A stretch of DNA of 64,000 nucleotides from an uncultured Clostridia bacterium (GTDB lineage Bacteria; Bacillota; Clostridia; Christensenellales; UBA3700). Location of the stretch: assembly GCA_947246685.1 (NCBI GenBank), contig CAMXSN010000004.1, forward strand, positions 11,117 to 75,116, written 5' to 3'. Below, piece after piece: positions 1-12,643 of the stretch (its first letter is position 1; the number at the start of each line of letters is the position of its first letter). The notes beneath the pieces were generated by a model. The model saw only the letters and a list, made by a program, of their open reading frames with translations, did no database searches and was not told the origin of the DNA. The translations under genes and the position numbers were made by a program.

Positions 1-2469
<2,469 letters not shown>

Positions 2470-2605
2470 TTAATTGCTATAGCGCATATTTTTTATATAA
2501 TAACATATTTTATCTATAATTTCAATACAAACGTCCATACAAAATAGCATAGTCTGTCAAATTAAATTTTTTGACGAAATATATAATATTTTTTTATCAA
2601 ATCCG

Positions 2606-2634
2606 TTGACAATCTCCTACGTGCATTCTATAAT
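2606..2634 (+). promoter_or_regulatory. Sigma-70-type promoter, TTGACA-17 bp-TATAAT
   Basis: Exact consensus -35 (2606-2611) and -10 (2629-2634) hexamers with a 17-bp spacer, about 110 bp upstream of the regulator/pot genes. Confidence 0.6.
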
Positions 2635-2650
2635 CTAGATTGTTTAATAA

Positions 2651-2702
2651 TTCTAAACAATTTGTTTATTGTTTTCAAACTTCTTAAAAAATTTGTTTAG
2701 AA
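2651..2702. promoter_or_regulatory. Inverted repeat TTCTAAACAA ... TTGTTTAGAA, candidate operator
   Basis: Perfect 10-bp arms at 2651-2660 and 2693-2702, plus a direct repeat AATTTGTTTA, between the promoter and the XRE-cupin regulator start. Confidence 0.35.
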
Positions 2703-2745
2703 TTACTAAACTGGAAAACAAACGTAAATTCAAGGAGAACCCGAT

Positions 2746-3279
2746 ATGGATCTGGGCATCAAAATTAAGCGATTGAGACTGCAATGCGGACTTACTCAAG
2801 AAGAACTGGCGGACCGATGCGAATTGACAAAAGGCTATATCTCGCAACTGGAAAACAACCTTACCTCTCCGTCGATAGCGACTTTGATAGACATATTGGC
2901 AGTGCTGGGAAGCGATCTCAAATCATTTTTCAACGAAGAGACGGAAGAGCAGATTGTATTTAGCGAACAGGATTTCTTTGAAAAAGAAGACGACGGCGAG
3001 CTCATCACCTGGCTCGTGCCCAACAGTCTAAAAAACGAAATGGAACCGATACTTCTCACCTTACAACCAAACGTCGGTACAACCGAGGATATGCCCCACG
3101 AAGGCGAAGAGTTCGGATTTGTACTGGAAGGAGAAGCCACGCTTCATCTAGGCAAAAAATCCTATGAACTGCGCGAAGGCAATTCGTTCTATTTCACCAG
3201 CAAGAAAAGACATTATATAGAAAACAAAAGCAACAAAACGGCAAAAATATTATGGGTATCCAGCCCCCCGACATTCTGA
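2746..3279 (+). CDS. XRE-family HTH plus cupin-domain transcriptional regulator (PuuR-like architecture)
   Basis: 177 aa. N-terminal HTH ([28 protein letters not shown]) and C-terminal cupin ([17 protein letters not shown]...LREGNSFYF). RBS AAGGAGA upstream. Sits directly before the pot genes. Confidence 0.8.
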   Translation: MDLGIKIKRLRLQCGLTQEELADRCELTKGYISQLENNLTSPSIATLIDILAVLGSDLKSFFNEETEEQIVFSEQDFFEKEDDGELITWLVPNSLKNEMEPILLTLQPNVGTTEDMPHEGEEFGFVLEGEATLHLGKKSYELREGNSFYFTSKKRHYIENKSNKTAKILWVSSPPTF

Positions 3280-3296
3280 TAACAAGGAGTAAGCAT

Positions 3297-5012
3297 ATGA
3301 ACAACGATACAAAGACCACTCCCGAGCAAAACGGCGGAGATTATATTATCCAACTTAAAGGATTGACGAAACAGTACGGAACGAAAACCGTCGTCAAAGA
3401 CATTAACCTCGATATCAAGCGAGGCGATTTCGTCACTTTTCTCGGACCGAGCGGATGCGGCAAAACCACGACTTTGAGAATGATTGCGGGATTTGAGATA
3501 CCCACCGAGGGCAAAGTGCTTTTCGACGGCAAAGACATAGCCAAACTGCCGCCGCATAAAAGACCCGTCAACACGGTCTTTCAAAAATATGCGCTATTCC
3601 CTCACCTCAACGTGTTCAACAATATAGCGTTCGGACTCAAACTCAAAAAGATACCCGTCGTATATACCAAACCCAACGGCGAAGCAGCGGAAAAACAGAT
3701 AAAACTAAGGGACTTTCTCGTCAATCCCGATACAGGTTCTCCGGATTTTTCAATTGCCGCAAAAGACTATTTTTCTTATAAAGAGCAAGGCTACGTCAAG
3801 CTGTGCAAGATAAAAAAGACCGTAAATAAGATGACAAAGAAAGGCCGCGTCAAAAAACTTGTCAACGGATATAGATATTATATCGACGAGAAAGTCAGAC
3901 GCGCTCTTAAAATCGTGGGATTGAGCGATTACGAAACGAGAGACGTCAACTCTCTTTCCGGCGGACAGCAACAGAGAGTCGCCATTGCCCGCGCTATCGT
4001 CAACGAACCGAAAGTGCTGCTGCTAGACGAACCGCTTGGCGCGCTCGATTTGAAAATGCGTCAGGAAATGCAAATAGAGCTCAAAGAAATGCACAAGACC
4101 TTGGGCATAACGTTTATCTATGTAACCCATGACCAAGAAGAAGCTCTGACAATGAGCGACGTCGTTGTCGTAATGAAAGACGGAGTTATCTGTCAGGAAG
4201 GTACTCCTATCGATATATACAACGAGCCGACAACGGCGTACGTTGCGGACTTTATCGGAGAGTCCAACATACTCGACGGCACCATGATAGACGACTATAA
4301 AGTCAATATAGTGGGCGTGGAATTCGAATGCGTCGACGCGGGATTCGGACAAAACAAACCCGTCGATATCGTTATCCGTCCCGAGGATATCGAAGTCACC
4401 GTCAAAGAAAAGGGGCAACTTGCAGGAATCATCAAATCCAGTACGTTCAGAGGCGTGCATTACGAAATGGTGTGCGAATGCAACGGATATGAATTTACTA
4501 TTCACAGCACAATCGAATCTCCCGTGGGCAAAGAAGTCGGATTGCGCGTGTCTCCCGAAAATATTCAAATTATGAACAAGGAACACGTCGACAACACAGT
4601 AAAAGCCAAATTCACTTCCAATTCAACGATGGAAATATTCGGCGGCGTGTATGATTTCAATCCGGAAAAGCTCTTTGAAAATTGCATATACGACAGCGAA
4701 AACGATATATTGAAGATCAACGGCGAGGAATATACCCTCAAAGGCGAAGAAGCGACCGTCAATTTTGCGTTTACCGATATAGATATGACCGACGACGAAT
4801 ATGCGGCTCCTCTTGCCGGTAACGTGGAAAGTATGATCTATAAGGGCAAAAACTATCTTGTCGATATAAAGACCGACGACAACAACCACGTGTACGCCGA
4901 CACAGAATATCTGTGGGACAAAGGCGACAGAGTCGGCATCAAAATAGATACCGATAAATTCGGGCTCGTAGAATGCGCTATGCTCGCACGCAAGGAGGAT
5001 GGCAATGTTTAA
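3297..5012 (+). CDS. potA: Spermidine/putrescine ABC transporter ATP-binding protein, atypically long (571 aa)
   Basis: Walker [10 protein letters not shown], signature [14 protein letters not shown], Walker [13 protein letters not shown]-loop VTHDQEEA. Start placed at ATG 3297 behind AAGGAG (3284-3289) rather than the ORF-track ATG 3252, which overlaps the regulator. Confidence 0.85.
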   Translation: MNNDTKTTPEQNGGDYIIQLKGLTKQYGTKTVVKDINLDIKRGDFVTFLGPSGCGKTTTLRMIAGFEIPTEGKVLFDGKDIAKLPPHKRPVNTVFQKYALFPHLNVFNNIAFGLKLKKIPVVYTKPNGEAAEKQIKLRDFLVNPDTGSPDFSIAAKDYFSYKEQGYVKLCKIKKTVNKMTKKGRVKKLVNGYRYYIDEKVRRALKIVGLSDYETRDVNSLSGGQQQRVAIARAIVNEPKVLLLDEPLGALDLKMRQEMQIELKEMHKTLGITFIYVTHDQEEALTMSDVVVVMKDGVICQEGTPIDIYNEPTTAYVADFIGESNILDGTMIDDYKVNIVGVEFECVDAGFGQNKPVDIVIRPEDIEVTVKEKGQLAGIIKSSTFRGVHYEMVCECNGYEFTIHSTIESPVGKEVGLRVSPENIQIMNKEHVDNTVKAKFTSNSTMEIFGGVYDFNPEKLFENCIYDSENDILKINGEEYTLKGEEATVNFAFTDIDMTDDEYAAPLAGNVESMIYKGKNYLVDIKTDDNNHVYADTEYLWDKGDRVGIKIDTDKFGLVECAMLARKEDGNV

Positions 5013-5790
5013 GAAATTCATGGCCGCTCCCTATGCGGTATTTATGACGCTTTTCGTGCTTCTGCCGCTTGCGCTCGTGCTTGTGTTCGCGTTTATAGAC
5101 GCGAGCGACGGGTCGTTCGATATGCTCGCCAACTTCAAGGAATTAGCAAAGGAAGACGCGCTTGGCAAAGTCGTCAAAAATTCGTTGGTCGCAGGCTTGT
5201 CCACCAGCGTCATATGTCTGTTGCTAGGCTACCCGATAGCTTATTATCTCAACAAACCGGAGTTTAACAAAAAAGGCGTAATGATAGGACTTTTTCTCGC
5301 TCCCATGTGGGTCAACTTCTTGTTGAGAATGATGGCGACAAAAGCTGTGTTCAACGTCATCGGCGTAAAAATGGGAATGGGAACGGTTATATTCGGTCTT
5401 TCTTATGAATTTCTACCGTTTATGATAATGCCGCTCTACACCACTATACAGAAAATAGACAAGTGCTATATCGAAGGAGCAAGCGATCTCGGCGCAACTC
5501 CTTCGAGAGCATTCTGGAAGGTCACCGTTCCGCTGTCTATGCCCGGTATACTGAGCGGACTGACGATGGTAATGATACCGTCTATCACAACGTTTGCCGT
5601 CACGGAAATCATGTCCAACGGCAAGATGATGCTTCTAGGCGATTTCATATACAGTCTTAAAGCCGACAGTCTCAATATGGCGGCTGCGATATCGTTTGTA
5701 TTGCTGATATTCATGGCAATATCTATGGTCATCTCCAACAAATATAACAAAGACGGCGACGGCGCCAGCAAGGGAGGCGGATTATGGTAA
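5005..5790 (+). CDS. potB: Spermidine/putrescine ABC transporter permease
   Basis: Polytopic membrane protein with an EAA-type loop ([21 protein letters not shown]). The second ATG (5005) is preferred for its spacing to GGAGG at 4994-4998, but ATG 4999 is also possible. Confidence 0.8.
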   Translation: MFKKFMAAPYAVFMTLFVLLPLALVLVFAFIDASDGSFDMLANFKELAKEDALGKVVKNSLVAGLSTSVICLLLGYPIAYYLNKPEFNKKGVMIGLFLAPMWVNFLLRMMATKAVFNVIGVKMGMGTVIFGLSYEFLPFMIMPLYTTIQKIDKCYIEGASDLGATPSRAFWKVTVPLSMPGILSGLTMVMIPSITTFAVTEIMSNGKMMLLGDFIYSLKADSLNMAAAISFVLLIFMAISMVISNKYNKDGDGASKGGGLW

Positions 5791-6605
5791 GAAAAATATT
5801 CGTACGAACCTTTATCGCCGCGGTGCTGATAGTGCTGTATTTGCCCATAGTATGGATGATAGTGTTCTCCTTTACGGATACTCCCTCATTCAGCAATTGG
5901 AACGGATTTACGTTTGACAACTATATCAATTTGTTTACGGGCAACGGATCCAACGCGGACAAAATACAGGAGGCTATATGGAACACCCTTTTCGTAGGAT
6001 TTTTCGTAAGCCTGCTATCGACGGTGCTCGGCACGCTCGGCGCGATAGGTTTGCACGCAATCCGCAGTAAAAGGATAAAAACCGTATACAACACCGTCAA
6101 TCAAATACCGCTCATTAACAGCGAAATCGTGACGGCGATAGCGCTTGCACTCGTATTCAATCTATTTGCGACGACTTTAAGAATTACCGACGGAAGCTGG
6201 GGAGTTACGGCGCTCAAATTAATATTGGCGCAGACGTCTTTCTGCGCGCCGTACGTATTGCTCAACGTACTGCCGAGATTGCAAAAATCCGACAACAAAA
6301 TATACGAAGCCGCGCTCGACTTGGGATGTACTCCTGCAAAAGCAATGTTCAAAGTCGTTCTGCCCGACATTCTGCCGGGAATCATCGTCGGCGCTCTGCT
6401 TGCATTTACGTTATCCATTGACGACTTTGTAATCACCAAAGTCAACGTGACTTCGTTCGAAACGCTGTCCACGCTGCTCTACGGTCTCAAAAACGGCAAA
6501 CAGCCTTTGCCTGCCGACATAAGAGCGTTGTTTACTATCATTTTCTTCGTCGTGTTCTCTTTGATGATGGTGCTTTACAAGCCCCGCAAAAAAACCGACA
6601 ACTGA
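5784..6605 (+). CDS. potC: Spermidine/putrescine ABC transporter permease
   Basis: 273 aa with six hydrophobic segments and an EAA loop (YEAALDLGCTPAKAMFKVVLP). Overlaps the potB stop by 7 nt. Confidence 0.8.
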   Translation: MVRKIFVRTFIAAVLIVLYLPIVWMIVFSFTDTPSFSNWNGFTFDNYINLFTGNGSNADKIQEAIWNTLFVGFFVSLLSTVLGTLGAIGLHAIRSKRIKTVYNTVNQIPLINSEIVTAIALALVFNLFATTLRITDGSWGVTALKLILAQTSFCAPYVLLNVLPRLQKSDNKIYEAALDLGCTPAKAMFKVVLPDILPGIIVGALLAFTLSIDDFVITKVNVTSFETLSTLLYGLKNGKQPLPADIRALFTIIFFVVFSLMMVLYKPRKKTDN

Positions 6606-6620
6606 GTAGGAGGCATATAG

Positions 6621-7976
6621 ATGAAAAAAAGAATCACTGTTTTTGCTCTGCTCGCCGTAACGGCGCTTTCGCTGGCCTTCCCGTTCGTGATGGCGGGATG
6701 TCAGCCGCGCGACGAAATACTAAAAGTTTACAACTGGTCGGAATATATAGGCGAGGGAGTCATAGAAGAATTTCAGGAATACTATAAAGAAGTTACGGGA
6801 AAAAATATCACCGTAAAATACGATCTTTTCGACGAAAACGAATTGATGTACGCGCAAATCAAAACCTCGAGAGCCGATTACGACGTGGTGTGTCCCTCGG
6901 ACTATATGATAGAGAAAATGGCGAAAGAAGGTATGCTCGTTCGTCTTCAAGAAAATCTAGACGATCTCGGCTTCGGAGAAATCGAAGATTATCGCGACAA
7001 TATCTCGCCGATGCTCATGTCGGGAAATTTGGAAGACGGCTATTTCTTCGATTACGACAAAGACCCCAAGACTGGAGAATACAACGTATACAGCCGCACT
7101 TACACAATGGGCACGCTGGGAATACTCTACGCCAACGACTCTAACGCTTACAAGAAGAGTTCATACGGCAAATACTCGTCAATGAGCGAATACGTCGAAG
7201 CCAACGGTTGGGCGGTGCTTTGGGACAAAGCGTTCGATCAAAGAATAATGATGAAGAATTCTCTGCGCGACACGTACGCGATAGGCGCAATCTATACGCT
7301 TCTCAACGAACACTCTAAATATTACGGCACAATGCCGTCCGTTACGCCTTCCCTCGCGCTCAACGCAACAGACGCGGCCAACGTCAAGAAAATAGAACGC
7401 AATCTAATAACACAAAAGGCAATCCTAAGCGGATACGAAAACGACGAAGGCAAGGAAGTGATAATCCAAGGCGACATTGACATGACGCTGCAATGGGCGG
7501 GCGACGCGGTATATTCGTTGACGTCGTTGCAGGAAGAACTCGGCAAGGAACGCGATATGAGCTATTTCGTGCCCAAAGAGGGCTCTAACCTTTTCGGCGA
7601 CGCTTGGTGCATTCCCAAATACAGCGCAAATAAAACCGCGGCAAATCTGTGGATAAACTTTATGTGTCGATCGGATATAGCGATAGCCAATATGGATTAC
7701 GTGGGATACACTTCGGGCGTAGTGACGGAAGAAGTCTTTGATTATATATGCGAAAGCTGGGCAAGCGAAGACGAAAGCGGTATATTCGTAGACCTGGATT
7801 ATTTCTTCGGCGAAGACTGCGGCTTTGACACGACGCTGTACGTAGCCGAAGAAGACTACAATGCGTTTGAGGCTCAGTTCCCCACTTGGGAAATTATTCA
7901 ACGCTGCGCGGTAATGAAAGATTACGGAGCTAAAAATTCGGCAATGAACCGCATGTGGCGCAACGTAAAAGCCTAA
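6621..7976 (+). CDS. potD: Polyamine-binding lipoprotein (PotD/PotF family), enlarged (451 aa)
   Basis: Signal peptide with lipobox FVMAGC. PotD-like VYNWSEYI and VCPSDYM motifs. Last gene of the pot cluster. Confidence 0.75.
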   Translation: MKKRITVFALLAVTALSLAFPFVMAGCQPRDEILKVYNWSEYIGEGVIEEFQEYYKEVTGKNITVKYDLFDENELMYAQIKTSRADYDVVCPSDYMIEKMAKEGMLVRLQENLDDLGFGEIEDYRDNISPMLMSGNLEDGYFFDYDKDPKTGEYNVYSRTYTMGTLGILYANDSNAYKKSSYGKYSSMSEYVEANGWAVLWDKAFDQRIMMKNSLRDTYAIGAIYTLLNEHSKYYGTMPSVTPSLALNATDAANVKKIERNLITQKAILSGYENDEGKEVIIQGDIDMTLQWAGDAVYSLTSLQEELGKERDMSYFVPKEGSNLFGDAWCIPKYSANKTAANLWINFMCRSDIAIANMDYVGYTSGVVTEEVFDYICESWASEDESGIFVDLDYFFGEDCGFDTTLYVAEEDYNAFEAQFPTWEIIQRCAVMKDYGAKNSAMNRMWRNVKA

Positions 7977-8032
7977 ACTTTAACAATTACAAAAAGAGAT
8001 ACGGGACGGAGAATATCCGTCCCGTATTTATT

Positions 8033-9727
8033 TCAATTCTTTTTACCGCCTCTTTTTGCCGTCTGCTTATAACTGTAATTGAGTTCGTCTTCAAACAAAG
8101 CGCTCAATCTTCCCTTACGCGATTGCGGCTTTTGCTTTTTGCCGCCGTCGGCGCGCTTTCTGCCCGATGCGTCGGACCTTACGGATCCGGCGCCTTTTTT
8201 CTTTGCCGCGCGATCGTCTGACTTCTTTGCGATACGCGATTTGTTTTTAGGTCCGAAAGATTTCTTCGCTGCCGCCGATCTGCTGTCGGAAGAATTTGTT
8301 TTTTCCTCTTCTTTTGCCTGCTGAACGTTGAGTTCTCTGTTGCCCAATTTGACGCCTTTGAGCTTAAAAATCTTGCTCTCGCCGCCTTTGACGACGGATA
8401 CAAAGCTGTAGGTGTCTCTGATCTTTACGTCGGCTATCTCATATATCTTGAGTTGCGTAACCGACAAAATTAGTTTGATAAAGCTATCTTTGTCCAGCAG
8501 ATCTCTCTTGCCTGCGTTGATAAAAAACCTGCTTTGATTGTCGTGGAAATCTCTCAATTTATTGGATGCGTCTTTAGGAAGCGTAAAGCTATCCGACACC
8601 GCGCCTAAATCCTTATATTGAAGAGCGTTGTCCGATACTTTCTGATAAGACGGAACGTATCCCACCTGCGAAGAATCTATGAGCGTATACGCCGCGCCGT
8701 CTTTGTCAGCGCGCGCGGTGCGTCCGATCCTATGCACGTAAAAATCGCAGTCTGTCGGCGGATCGAAATTGATAATAGCCTGCACGCCGTCCACGTCGAG
8801 TCCTCTCGCCGCGACGTCGGTGGCAACTAATATACTTATTTCTTTTGCCTTAAACCGCTTGATGATCTGCGTACGGGCGCTCTGTGGCAAATCCGAGTGA
8901 ATGACCGCGGCGCTTCTGCCTTTTGACGTCAACGCATAACATACTTTATCTGCGCGTGTCTTGGTATTACAGAATATCATTACTACTCCGTAATTTTCCG
9001 AGTCTATAATTTTCAAAGCTGCGCCCACTCTTTGCGCGTCTTTGACCACGCTGTAAAACTGTCTGATCTTGGGAATCTCCTCACCGCCGAGAGTAGTCTT
9101 GATATATTCGGGAGAACTAGTGATATGCTCGATAAAATCGCGTATATTCTTGGGGATAGTGGCAGAAAAGCAAAGTCTTTGGCAGTCTCCTATTTTTCCG
9201 TTGATCTTTTCTATATCGCCTCTAAAACCCATATCGAGCATTTCGTCGCATTCGTCGAGAACGAAAACTTTGACGTCCGATAGTCGCAAGGTGCGTCTGT
9301 CGAGATGGTCGAGCATTCGCCCGGGCGTTCCGACAACAATCTGAGGCTTTTTCCTAAGACAAAACAACTGCTTTTGAATATTCTGTCCTCCGTAAAGTCC
9401 CGCAATCCTCACTCTTTCATAATATTTGACTAGTCGTTGAAGAACTTCGCAAATCTGTATAACGAGTTCCCGAGTGGGGCACAGTATCACGGCTTGCACG
9501 CAATCGTCTTCTCTGTCCAACCTCTGCAATATAGGCAACAGAAAAGCCAGCGTCTTACCGGTGCCGGTGGGCGCCTGCGCGACTACGTCGCCCCCCTTAA
9601 TCGCCGAAGGAATCACTTGCGACTGTATCTCCGTGGGCACGCTGAGTCCCTGCTCGTCAAGACTTCTGAGCAATTCCTCCGCCAGCCCGAAATTTTCAAA
9701 ATTGATGTTTTGTTCTTTTATATCCAT
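8033..9727 (-). CDS. DEAD-box ATP-dependent RNA helicase with DbpA-type RNA-binding domain and basic tail
   Basis: Motifs AQAPTGTGKT, PTRELV, VLDECDEML (DEAD-box variant), SAT, HRIGRTARA. The C-terminus has a DbpA-like fold segment and a Lys/Arg-rich tail. Confidence 0.9.
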   Translation of the reverse strand: MDIKEQNINFENFGLAEELLRSLDEQGLSVPTEIQSQVIPSAIKGGDVVAQAPTGTGKTLAFLLPILQRLDREDDCVQAVILCPTRELVIQICEVLQRLVKYYERVRIAGLYGGQNIQKQLFCLRKKPQIVVGTPGRMLDHLDRRTLRLSDVKVFVLDECDEMLDMGFRGDIEKINGKIGDCQRLCFSATIPKNIRDFIEHITSSPEYIKTTLGGEEIPKIRQFYSVVKDAQRVGAALKIIDSENYGVVMIFCNTKTRADKVCYALTSKGRSAAVIHSDLPQSARTQIIKRFKAKEISILVATDVAARGLDVDGVQAIINFDPPTDCDFYVHRIGRTARADKDGAAYTLIDSSQVGYVPSYQKVSDNALQYKDLGAVSDSFTLPKDASNKLRDFHDNQSRFFINAGKRDLLDKDSFIKLILSVTQLKIYEIADVKIRDTYSFVSVVKGGESKIFKLKGVKLGNRELNVQQAKEEEKTNSSDSRSAAAKKSFGPKNKSRIAKKSDDRAAKKKGAGSVRSDASGRKRADGGKKQKPQSRKGRLSALFEDELNYSYKQTAKRGGKKN

Positions 9728-9826
9728 ATAGTTAAATCCAATGCGTCAATCGACGGTAAAGCCGTTGACCTATATTATTATATCGCATAACTTGATTTTT
9801 TCCAATCGTTTGGGTATACTTAACGT

Positions 9827-10558
9827 ATGAAAACGGCAATTATATCAGGCGCGTCGAGAGGAATCGGCAAAGCAATAGCATCAGCGCTGGCAAAACAAGG
9901 TTACGCGATCATAATAAATTATCTCAACTCGGAAGACCAAGCCGAGTTATTATGCGCTAAAATTCGTTCATCGGGCGCTGTGGCGCAAACGTATAAGGCG
10001 GACATGTCGTCTCCCGACGAAATAAAAGCCATGACGGATTACGTAAAAGAATGTTACGGCACGATAGATCTAATAGTCGCAAACGCGGCTATAGGTTCGT
10101 ACGGGCTATTGATAGACCACTCCGACAGCAATATCGCCCAAGTAATATCGACAGATCTTATAGGTGTGATAACACTCTGCCGCGAAGGCGCAAAAGCAAT
10201 GCTAAGCCAAAAAAGCGGCAATATAATCACGATTTCCTCTATGTGGGGAGAAGTGGGCGGAAGCTGTGAAAGCGTCTACTCGGCAGCAAAAGGCGGCGTC
10301 ATAGCATTCTCAAAAGCATTGGCAAAAGAGCTTGCTCCCAACGGAATCAGAGTTAATTGCGTTTCACCCGGATTTATCGACACGGATATCAACGCCAACC
10401 TCTCGGACGCCGATAAAGCGGCGCTCGTAAGCGAAATACCTCTCGGCAGAGCGGGAACGCCCGAAGACGTCGCCGACGCGGTAGTTTGGCTCTCCGACGA
10501 CAAATCCTCTTATATTACAGGGCAAGTCATATCCGTCAACGGCGGTCTGATAATATAA
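9827..10558 (+). CDS. Short-chain dehydrogenase/reductase, FabG-like
   Basis: 243 aa. Cofactor motif ISGASRGIGKA, NAA, catalytic SxxxxxxxxxxxxYSAAK (VYSAAKGG). Confidence 0.85.
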   Translation: MKTAIISGASRGIGKAIASALAKQGYAIIINYLNSEDQAELLCAKIRSSGAVAQTYKADMSSPDEIKAMTDYVKECYGTIDLIVANAAIGSYGLLIDHSDSNIAQVISTDLIGVITLCREGAKAMLSQKSGNIITISSMWGEVGGSCESVYSAAKGGVIAFSKALAKELAPNGIRVNCVSPGFIDTDINANLSDADKAALVSEIPLGRAGTPEDVADAVVWLSDDKSSYITGQVISVNGGLII

Positions 10559-10735
10559 ATTTCTGCTTCAATTAAGCGAAAACGCGTTCAAAACTAACGC
10601 TTAACGGAAACAATATGGTTGAAATCGTTCGAATAAGGTTCCGAGCGGATAGCAATACCGTCTCCGCTTTCATATATTGTACAGACGTAAACACATAAGA
10701 ATACGTACGCAAATCACATTACATAAAAGGATCGA

Positions 10736-11950
10736 ATGAAACGTCTTAAAGATTATAAATATACTTTCAATTCCTGCTGTATCGGAAGCGGGATTCAGGC
10801 GATTGGAATAAGCTTGCCGCCATTGCTGTTCGTGAGTTTTCAAGACAGTTTTAATATATCCGTTACTCAGCTTACCGCGCTGGTCACGTTGACTTTTCTC
10901 GTCCAGCTGGCAATCGATGCCGCAAGTGCAAAATTTATAGACAAAATAGGTTATCGCGCAACCGCTATAACGTCGCATGCATTCGTATTTGTCGGACTGA
11001 TACTGACGGGGGTGCTGCCATATACGCTATCATCGCCGTACGTCGGATTGATCATCGGCACAATATTTACTTCAATAGGATGCGGACTGATAGAAGTCGT
11101 GATCAGCCCTCTGGTCGAAGCCATCCCCGACAAAAAAGCCGGTAAGATGTCGCTGTTGCATTCTTGCTATTGTTTCGGATACTTATTCGTCGTGCTGATC
11201 AGCGTAATTTATTTTGTTATATTCGATAGAAATAGCTGGCAGTTCCTCGTATTCGGCTTTGCCGCAATTCCTCTACTCAACGGAATCTTCTTTTTCTTCG
11301 TGCCGTGCACTTCCCTCGACGAACAGCGCGGAGAGAGTATGTCAATCGGATCGCTGCTCAAATGCAAGCTGATGTATCTATTCGTATTGCTTATTCTCTG
11401 CGCGGGAGCCTGCGAACAGGCTATGTGTCAATGGGTATCTTATTTTGCCGAAAAAAGCCTCAATCTCAGCAAAGCCACCGGCGACCTTGTAGGTCCGTTC
11501 AGCTTTGCGTTGCTGATGGGATTGGGCAGATTATTTTATGGACTTTTCGGTTATAAAATACATATCAAAAAAGTTTTGCCGATATGCGGTTTCTTCTGTC
11601 TTGCCTGCTATATTGTGGCAGTTGCAAGCTCCGTTGCGATAGTATCGCTAATCGCCTGCGCTCTATGCGGGCTTGCAGTTAGCGTAATGTGGCCGGGAGC
11701 GCTGGATATGGCGTCAAAAAATATCAAAAACGGCGGAACGGGTATGTTTGCTCTGATGGCTCTCGGAGGGGATATCGGCTGCACTTTGGGACCTAGCATA
11801 GTGGGATACGTGACAGACGCGTCTCCTTACGGGCTCAAAGGCGGACTGTCCACCGCGCTGATTTTCTGCGCGCTGTTTATAATAACCTCGCTTATTCTTT
11901 TCAAAACGGATAAATCGGAAAACGCGATAATTCAACCGATATCCGATTAA
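10736..11950 (+). CDS. MFS-type transporter
   Basis: 404 aa with about 12 hydrophobic helices arranged as two 6-TM halves. Substrate not identifiable. Confidence 0.65.
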   Translation: MKRLKDYKYTFNSCCIGSGIQAIGISLPPLLFVSFQDSFNISVTQLTALVTLTFLVQLAIDAASAKFIDKIGYRATAITSHAFVFVGLILTGVLPYTLSSPYVGLIIGTIFTSIGCGLIEVVISPLVEAIPDKKAGKMSLLHSCYCFGYLFVVLISVIYFVIFDRNSWQFLVFGFAAIPLLNGIFFFFVPCTSLDEQRGESMSIGSLLKCKLMYLFVLLILCAGACEQAMCQWVSYFAEKSLNLSKATGDLVGPFSFALLMGLGRLFYGLFGYKIHIKKVLPICGFFCLACYIVAVASSVAIVSLIACALCGLAVSVMWPGALDMASKNIKNGGTGMFALMALGGDIGCTLGPSIVGYVTDASPYGLKGGLSTALIFCALFIITSLILFKTDKSENAIIQPISD

Positions 11951-12034
11951 ATTGCTTAAATGTAAATACGACGGCATAACGTGATACGCTATGCCGTCGC
12001 GTACAATCAATTTACCGACAACCGAAACGAACGA

Positions 12035-12379
12035 TTACTTTCTTATGACCAATATATCCTCCAAAGTCAGATCGCAAAGCTGACAGTAGATATATAGATC
12101 TTCGATAGAAATTATCGATCTGGCGTCTTCCCAATTTGCAACCTGAGAATCCGACCACCCCGCAACCGCGCTGGCAAGCTCGTTTCTTGAGATATGATTG
12201 TCCATATCATAGGTGCAAGTCTTGCACTTTTCCCCGCCTTCGCAATATGTTTTTGCATCTTCCTGACTGCGGCAATAGGCGCACACTTTCTTAATTAAAT
12301 TTATGTTATGTCTTCTTAGATATTCGAGCTGTTTGCCTGTTCTTACCCAATCTATGCTTTTGCCGACCAATTTTTGCAT
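12035..12379 (-). CDS. Small Cys-rich protein with C-terminal XRE-like HTH
   Basis: Start moved to ATG 12379 (MQKLVGKS...). The C-terminal ISRNELASAVAGWSDSQVANWEDARSIISIEDLYIYCQLCDLTLEDIL resembles the HTH_XRE consensus. A central CxxC...CxxC cluster is present. Confidence 0.5.
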   Translation of the reverse strand: MQKLVGKSIDWVRTGKQLEYLRRHNINLIKKVCAYCRSQEDAKTYCEGGEKCKTCTYDMDNHISRNELASAVAGWSDSQVANWEDARSIISIEDLYIYCQLCDLTLEDILVIRK

Positions 12380-12571
12380 GACGATCACCTTTTTTGTTAT
12401 ATTATTTTTGATTATAGCACAACTTAAATGAAGATTCAATATTTTTGTATCTGATTTTATTCAATATAGCATTTAGATATTTGGAAATATAAAATTTGCT
12501 AAAAATCAATGATGTATTAAACTTTATTTAAGCTCATTCGATACAAAATACTTCTCCGATAAAAAAATGTA

Positions 12572-12600
12572 TTGACAGTGATTATTTTTTATTTTATAAT
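12572..12600 (+). promoter_or_regulatory. Sigma-70-type promoter, TTGACA-17 bp-TATAAT
   Basis: Exact consensus hexamers at 12572-12577 and 12595-12600, 44 bp upstream of the lipoprotein ATG. Confidence 0.6.
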
Positions 12601-12643
12601 TAGTATATAAAAATATGAATAACTTAAGGAGGTTATCACAATT

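Noticed and set aside
3252-3296. The ORF-track start (ATG 3252) for potA.
   Set aside because: It overlaps the last 28 nt of the regulator gene and lacks an RBS. ATG 3297 is preceded by AAGGAG at proper spacing.
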